Source: Dehalococcoidia bacterium (GTDB lineage: Bacteria > Chloroflexota > Dehalococcoidia > Plut-88900). Taken from it: 64,000 nucleotides of DNA. Shown here in pieces: positions 58,821 to 64,000 of the stretch; the stretch's first letter is position 1, and the number at the start of each line of letters is the position of its first letter. The position numbers and the translations under genes are program-made. Location of the stretch: NCBI GenBank assembly GCA_965197645.1, contig OZ240219.1, positions 832,001-896,000 of the forward strand, given 5' to 3'. The notes beneath the pieces are model-generated. The model saw nothing but the letters and a program-made list of their open reading frames with translations. It was not told the origin of the DNA and did no database searches.

Positions 58821-60214
58821 ATGCCCATCAAGCATCGACTGCGGCCCTATCAGGCGGAGATCGGAGCTGCCGTACTGGACAGCGTTCTCAACAAGAGAGG
58901 GCTGACCTTTTCGGTCATCATCTCCAGGCAGGGAGGCAAGAACGAGCTTTCGGCCCAGCTGGAGGTGCTGCTCCTGACCCTGTTCATGAACATCGGTGGC
59001 AGCGCCGTGAAGGCGTCGCCTACTTTCAAGCCCCAGACGGTCAACAGCATCCTGAGGCTCAAGGAGCGGCTCGACGATGCGGGCTACGGAGGGATATGGG
59101 TGTCCGAGATGAGCTACATGGTGAGGCTAAACAGGGCACGGCAGATGTTCTTCAGCGCCGATTCGTCCAGCCACGTCGTGGGCGCCACCGCCGACGTCCT
59201 GCTGGAGATGGACGAAAGCCAGGACATCTCCAAGGAGAAGTACAACAAGGAGTTCAAGCCGATGGGGGCGGCCACCAACGTGACCACGGTCCACTTCGGC
59301 ACCGCCTGGGACGACTCAACCCTCCTGGAGGAGGTGAAGCAGTCCAACCTGGAGCTGGAACGCAAGGACCACGTACGCAGGCACTTCGAGTTCGACTGGC
59401 AGGAGGTCGCCAAACATGTGCCCGAGTACGGGAGGTACGTCGAAGGCGAACGGCAGCGGCTGGGGAAGGACCACCCACTGTTTCTGACCCAGTACGGTCT
59501 GTTGCCGCTTCACGGAGGCGGAGGTTTCCTGAACGCTGCTCAGCGAGCCCAGCTGCAGGGCGATCACCATCGCCTAAGCAGGCCGGAGGATGGAAAGGTC
59601 TACGTAGCCGGCATCGATCTGGCGGGAGAGGCCGAAGAGGGCCGGGACGCCGAGCTTCGGGCCATCAAGCCCAGGCAGGACTCGACGGTGGTGACCATCG
59701 GTGAGCTGGACTACTCCCAGGCGGCGCCCCCGGCGGATGAGCCGGCGATCAGAATAGTGGAGCATTACTGGTGGACTGGCCAACCCCACACCGAACTCTA
59801 CTCTCGCCTCGTTGACCTGCTGAAGACGGTGTGGCGATGCAGGCGTGTCGTTGTGGACGCCACGGGTGTCGGGCAGGGGTGAGCAGCTTTCTGGTCCGGG
59901 CCCTGGGATCCACCGTCGTCTCTCCCTTCGTGTTTACGTCCCAAAGCAAGTCGAAGCTGGGGTTCGATCTGCTGGCGGCCGTCAACTCGGGAAGGATGAA
60001 GATGTACCGTCCCGATGGCACGGAGGAGTACCGGCAGTTCTGGACGGAGGTTGAGAGGGCCAAGAGCTTCTACCGGGCCAATCAGACCGTCAACTTCTAC
60101 GTCGACCCCAGCGATGGTGATGACGACTTCCTGATGAGCATGGCACTGCTGGCCCAGTCGGCTGGCTACAGGCGCAGGAAGGCTTCGGGCAGGCTACGGA
60201 AGGGCTACGAGTGA
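58821..60214 (+). CDS. Terminase large subunit, interrupted by a -1 frame change at 59876-59882
   Basis: Walker A SRQGGKNE, Walker B LLEMDESQD, FGTA, nuclease motifs YVAGIDLAG, DST and VVVDATGVG. After TGA 59880 the -1 frame continues VSSFL...FT..SKS.LG...GDDDFLMSMAL. Confidence 0.85.
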
Positions 60215-60288
60215 TGCCGGAGGGCTGAAAGGCGAAGACGAAGCAGCGAAGAGGTTAGCCGGAGTTATGGATTGCGCAGGAGAAGCAG

Positions 60289-60633
60289 ATGGATTTGCGG
60301 GAGTTCAGGGATCTGGTCGTCGAGGGCGTGGAAAGCACGGAACATTCCGCTCCCTCTCAGCCCGACCCAGGCCGAGACAGCCGCCCGGAGTTCGTTAGAT
60401 ACCGGGACGTCGGCTGCGAGGTATCGGAGTCGTGTCTCAAGTGTCCGTTGCCCCAGTGCCGCTACGACGATCCCGGCTGGCTGCGCAGGCAAATCAAGGA
60501 GAAGCGGGACCGGCAGGTGATAGAGGCCCACGAAGGAGAGGGGCTGGCGCCATCGGAGCTGGCGAAGAGATTTGGAGTGAGCCGCCGCACCATCCACCGG
60601 ATACTCAAAGCGCACAAAGGTCAAAGAAGATAG
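60289..60633 (+). CDS. Cys4-motif plus C-terminal HTH DNA-binding protein (Mor-like HTH)
   Basis: YRD.GCEVSESCLKCPLPQCRYD followed by RDRQV...ELAKRFGVSRRTIHRIL. Confidence 0.8.
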   Translation: MDLREFRDLVVEGVESTEHSAPSQPDPGRDSRPEFVRYRDVGCEVSESCLKCPLPQCRYDDPGWLRRQIKEKRDRQVIEAHEGEGLAPSELAKRFGVSRRTIHRILKAHKGQRR

Positions 60634-60654
60634 TAAAGATTTGGAGATATCACC

Positions 60655-61977
60655 ATGGAAAACATGACATTGCCGCAGCAGATCGAGAGGATGGACCGGG
60701 ACAGGCTGAGGATCTACGCCGAAAACCTGGACTTCTACAATGGCCTCCAGTGGCCCGGCAGGGCCCGCCGGGGCGAGCGGCGCCTCACCTTCAACTACTC
60801 CAAGGCCTTCATCGATAAGATCACCTCATATCTCATGGCCGACCTCACCATTTCCGTCGAACCCCTGGACAGCACCGAGGAGGCGGCTCGCAAGGCCGGG
60901 GAGATCGACGAGGTCATACAGCAGGTCTACGAGGCCAACCATCTCCAGCAGCTCGATTTCGATACGGAGCTGGACACCGCCATCCTGGGCGACGGGGTCT
61001 ACAAGGTCACCTGGGACCCCCGGGAGCAGCAGGTGAGGGTCTCCGCGCCCGACGTGCAGGGCATCTACGTGTGGTGGATTGGAGACGATGTCACTCGCGT
61101 CTGGAGGGTCGCCAGCCGGTACAAGCTCTCGGCCGAGGAGGTCGAGCTTCTCTACGGCGTCAAGAACGCAGCCTCCGGGTTGAACGGCAGGAACAGGGAA
61201 TCGATGGTTGTGGAGGTGTGGACCGCCACCGGCCTGGAGATATGGATCGACAACGCGCTCCACGAGCAACGACCCAACCCCTACGGCTTCATCCCCTTCA
61301 TCGTGTTTCCCAACGTGAGGGAGCCAAAGAAATTCTGGGGCGTCTCCGACATCCCGGCCATCATCGAACCGTCCAGGGAGCTGAACCGGGCCTTCTCCCA
61401 GCTATCGATGATCCTGGAGCTGTCCGGCAACCCGATAGCCGTGCTGGAGAACGTCGAGGACGCCCAGGACATAGCGGTGCAGCCGGGGGCCGTCTGGGAG
61501 TTGCCGGAGCGGGCCCGGGCCTATCTGCTGGACCTGCTTCAGGGTGGCGGAGTAAAGCTTCACACCGATTTCATAGGCCTGGTGTACAGGGCCATTCACG
61601 ATCTATCGGAATCGCCCCGAACCAGCTTCGGCGATAACAGCCAGGGGCTGTCCGGCGTCGCGCTGGAGATGGAGCTGAATCCCCTGATCCAGAAGATCCG
61701 CCGCAAGCGACTGGTCCGGACGGCCGTTTATCAGCGCCGCATAGCGATGATCCTCAAGATACTGGAGCAGAAGCGGGGACTGAGCTTCGGTAACGTGCGT
61801 TCCCGCATCGTCTGGGGGCCGATACTGCCCCAGGACAGGGGCAAGCTGGCCCAGGAGGAAGAGCTGCTGGTGCGATCGGGCATCCACAGCCGCCGCCGCT
61901 CCATGGAAAACCTGGGCGTCCCCGATCCTGAAGCAGAGCTGACGCGGATCAGGGAGGAGGACCCTGCTGGCGCCTAG
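60655..61977 (+). CDS. Phage portal protein (SPP1 gp6-like)
   Basis: DFY.G.Q, RLTFNY.K..IDK, NPYGFIPF..FPN, G.SDI, SGVALE, W..ILP.D and LGV.DPEAEL.RI motifs. Confidence 0.9.
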   Translation: MENMTLPQQIERMDRDRLRIYAENLDFYNGLQWPGRARRGERRLTFNYSKAFIDKITSYLMADLTISVEPLDSTEEAARKAGEIDEVIQQVYEANHLQQLDFDTELDTAILGDGVYKVTWDPREQQVRVSAPDVQGIYVWWIGDDVTRVWRVASRYKLSAEEVELLYGVKNAASGLNGRNRESMVVEVWTATGLEIWIDNALHEQRPNPYGFIPFIVFPNVREPKKFWGVSDIPAIIEPSRELNRAFSQLSMILELSGNPIAVLENVEDAQDIAVQPGAVWELPERARAYLLDLLQGGGVKLHTDFIGLVYRAIHDLSESPRTSFGDNSQGLSGVALEMELNPLIQKIRRKRLVRTAVYQRRIAMILKILEQKRGLSFGNVRSRIVWGPILPQDRGKLAQEEELLVRSGIHSRRRSMENLGVPDPEAELTRIREEDPAGA

Positions 61978-62798
61978 TCTCGTTTCCTGGCCAGATACGT
62001 ATAGTAGTTGCAGGCGGCGAAGAAGACGCCTCGGTCCGCGTTGGAGCGCTGGTCCTCCAGCCAGGCCTCCACCTGTTCCGAGGGCAGGACGCCGGCGTCG
62101 GCCACCATCGGGGCGTAGATCTCGGCGAAGTTCTTCCAGAACCTACCGCTCCCGACCTCCGAGTAGACGTTGGGCGTGACGCTTATCAGGTCCAGCCCAA
62201 CCTCTCCCAGCAGCTGCGGCATCTCCCGCATTACCAGGGGGTTACTGACCATCACCCCTATCATCCCCTCCTCCATCTTCCTCCCCAGCTCCCTGTCCGA
62301 GCTGCCGAAGGAGAGGGAGGCGTAGTCCCCATCGAATATGGCAATCGTGCCGCCGGTCCTGACCAGCCGGGACATCTCCTTGAGCACGGCCGCCGGTTCC
62401 GTGACGTGGCTTATCAGCGTATGGGCCATGGCTGCATCGAAGCCGGCGTCCGCCAGGCCGGTGGAGTGAGCATCTCCGATCCGAAACTCGATTTTCCCGC
62501 CGATTCCCTCCTCGTCGGCCAGACGTCGGGCGACCTCTATGAAGATGGGACTGTGGTCAACCCCGACGATCCGACCCTGAAAAGCGGGTCGTTGAGCCAG
62601 CCTCCGGGCACCAACTCCCGTCCCGCATCCCATGTCCAACACGCTGGCGTGGGGATCGAGGGCGATGGCTTCCAGGTAATCGTTCATCCACCGGATGTAG
62701 TTGGGGTCCCGACCTCGGAACTCCAGCCGCTCGATCATCGAGTTTAACGTGGAGTCGTCCAGGTCGGTGGCGTATTGAAAGACATCTCGAGGGGTCAT
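61974..62798 (-). CDS. Class I SAM-dependent methyltransferase (UbiE/Methyltransf_11-like)
   Basis: VLDMGCGTG, GVD.S, GDAH, FD..MAHTL.SHV and R.GG motifs; GGGAGG RBS; stop overlaps the portal stop (CTAG). Confidence 0.92.
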   Translation of the reverse strand: MTPRDVFQYATDLDDSTLNSMIERLEFRGRDPNYIRWMNDYLEAIALDPHASVLDMGCGTGVGARRLAQRPAFQGRIVGVDHSPIFIEVARRLADEEGIGGKIEFRIGDAHSTGLADAGFDAAMAHTLISHVTEPAAVLKEMSRLVRTGGTIAIFDGDYASLSFGSSDRELGRKMEEGMIGVMVSNPLVMREMPQLLGEVGLDLISVTPNVYSEVGSGRFWKNFAEIYAPMVADAGVLPSEQVEAWLEDQRSNADRGVFFAACNYYTYLARKRD

Positions 62799-62857
62799 GG
62801 CTACCTCCCGGTCCAATTATAACCCTGCGATTCGTCGTCGTTGGAAGGTCGGGCGTT

Positions 62858-62901
62858 GTGACACCAACCGGTTGACTGTATTAGAACTGATATTCTACTC
62901 T
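62858..62901 (+). promoter_or_regulatory. Promoter/operator 2 of the head-packaging module
   Basis: GTGACA(62858), TTGACT(62872)-N18-TACTCT(62896); palindrome TAGAA-ctgata-TTCTA at 62882-62897. Confidence 0.72.
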
Positions 62902-62940
62902 GGCCACACGTAAATCAGCCCTATTTCACGGGAGGTGTCT

Positions 62941-63378
62941 ATGGCCGAGGATACGATGGAGGAAGTGGTGGAACAGACCGAGACGGATGTAGAGGACGCT
63001 CCGGGCTTCCAGGCCGATACCGGTACAAGCGTAGAGGAGCTGGAGGGCCAGGTCAGCCGGCTTCGCGCCGACCTGGAAAAGCGGGATGAGGAGCTGGCTT
63101 CGTTGAGAGAGCAGATGACCAACTCCGCGGCCCGTTACAGGACAGCCATACTGTCCGGCGCACCCGAGGTGCCCGAGGAGCTGGTCCGCGGAGACACGGT
63201 GGAGGAGCTGGACGCATCCCTGGTCCAGGCCAGGGAGATTGTAGAGAAGGTCGCCCAACGGCTCGGTTCCCAGGTGGCATCCGAGCAGGTGCCCGCAGGC
63301 TCGCCGCCTCGTAGGCCGCCGGACCTGGTCGCAATGTCGCCCCACGAAAAGATCCTGTACGCACTGCAGAGATCGTAA
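62941..63378 (+). CDS. Putative capsid scaffolding protein
   Basis: Acidic N-terminus, coiled coil, PEELV.G.T.EE, VPAG.PPR...MSP.EKI; immediately before the capsid gene; GGAGG RBS. Confidence 0.7.
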   Translation: MAEDTMEEVVEQTETDVEDAPGFQADTGTSVEELEGQVSRLRADLEKRDEELASLREQMTNSAARYRTAILSGAPEVPEELVRGDTVEELDASLVQAREIVEKVAQRLGSQVASEQVPAGSPPRRPPDLVAMSPHEKILYALQRS

Positions 63379-63422
63379 ACACACAGCAGCCGGAGTTACC
63401 GAGTAGCGAAAGGAGCTAAGAC

Positions 63423-64000
63423 ATGGCTTTAACTTTAGCGGAGGGCGCAAAGCTCTCAAACGACGTACTAGTTGCCGGGGTAATCGAGACCATCATCAAC
63501 GAAAGTCCGGTCCTTCAGGCTATGCCCTTCATCGAGATAGTGGGCAACAGCCTGACCTACAACCGGGAGAACGCCGCACCTTCAGTGAGCTTCTACAACG
63601 TGGGCGACACCTGGACAGAGTCCACCCCCACCTTTACCCAGGTGAGCGCCACGCTGAAGATACTGGGCGGAGATGCCGACGTGGACAACTACCTCTCCTC
63701 CACTCGCAACAACGTGCAGGACCTGGAAGCGGCGGTGGTCCAGCTCAAGGCCAAGGCCCTTCAGCAGAAGTTCGACGACACCTTCATCAACGGTGAAGTA
63801 ACCACCGATGCCAAGTCCTTCGACGGCATCGAAGAGCTGACAGTCACCAAGCAAATAGTGAGCATGGGCGCCAACGGCGGCACCCTCACCCTCGAGAAGC
63901 TGGACGAGCTGATAGATAGGGTGAAAGGCGGCAAACCCGATATGCTCATCATGAGCAAGCGCAGCCGCAGGAAGCTCTCCTCGCTGGCCCGGGCCGCAGG
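63423..64000 (+). CDS. Major capsid protein (HK97-fold), truncated by the window end; absent from the ORF track
   Basis: AAGGAG then ATG 63423: MALTLAEGAKLSNDVLVAGVIETIINESPVLQAMPF.EI.GNSLTYNRE...LKILGGDADVD...FINGE...FDGI...LDELID; open to the edge. Confidence 0.88.
   Translation, partial: MALTLAEGAKLSNDVLVAGVIETIINESPVLQAMPFIEIVGNSLTYNRENAAPSVSFYNVGDTWTESTPTFTQVSATLKILGGDADVDNYLSSTRNNVQDLEAAVVQLKAKALQQKFDDTFINGEVTTDAKSFDGIEELTVTKQIVSMGANGGTLTLEKLDELIDRVKGGKPDMLIMSKRSRRKLSSLARAA

Noticed and set aside
63423-64000. Capsid gene as an encapsulin
   Set aside because: It is accompanied by scaffold, portal and terminase genes, which indicates a DNA-packaging head rather than a cargo nanocompartment.

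Overview
This is a high-GC bacterial chromosome segment. Gene content (argG/argH, rpmB-DAK2-recG, rny-ymdB-PHP-fabZ, many acyl-CoA dehydrogenases, family III CoA-transferases, an LLM oxidoreductase) suggests Chloroflexota, probably Dehalococcoidia; this is an inference. Positions 1-57.8 kb hold housekeeping genes mixed with expanded CoA-dependent catabolic paralogs, one tRNA-Gly(CCC), a hicB-hicA pair, a DUF1828-like two-gene insert and two families of intergenic palindromic repeats. Three observations stand out. (1) At 57.9-64 kb there is a compact phage head/packaging module: putative TerS, TerL, a Cys4+HTH regulator, portal, scaffold and major capsid. It has host-like composition, no integrase at its left edge, and is split by a host methyltransferase into two blocks. 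Both blocks are preceded by the same composite promoter, GTGACA-N7-GTTGAC-N4/5-TAGAAC-N4-ATTCTA, which contains a LexA-box-like palindrome. This makes it a candidate domesticated, possibly SOS-controlled, gene-transfer-agent-like system. Its terminase is broken by a single -1 shift in a G run. (2) A DsbA-type lipoprotein has an in-frame TGA in place of its first catalytic Cys (U-P-H-C) followed by a SECIS-like hairpin, so it is a probable selenoprotein. (3) Five alpha-type acyl-CoA dehydrogenase subunit genes sit with only one beta-type partner gene. All calls come from motif recognition by eye; no database searches were run.
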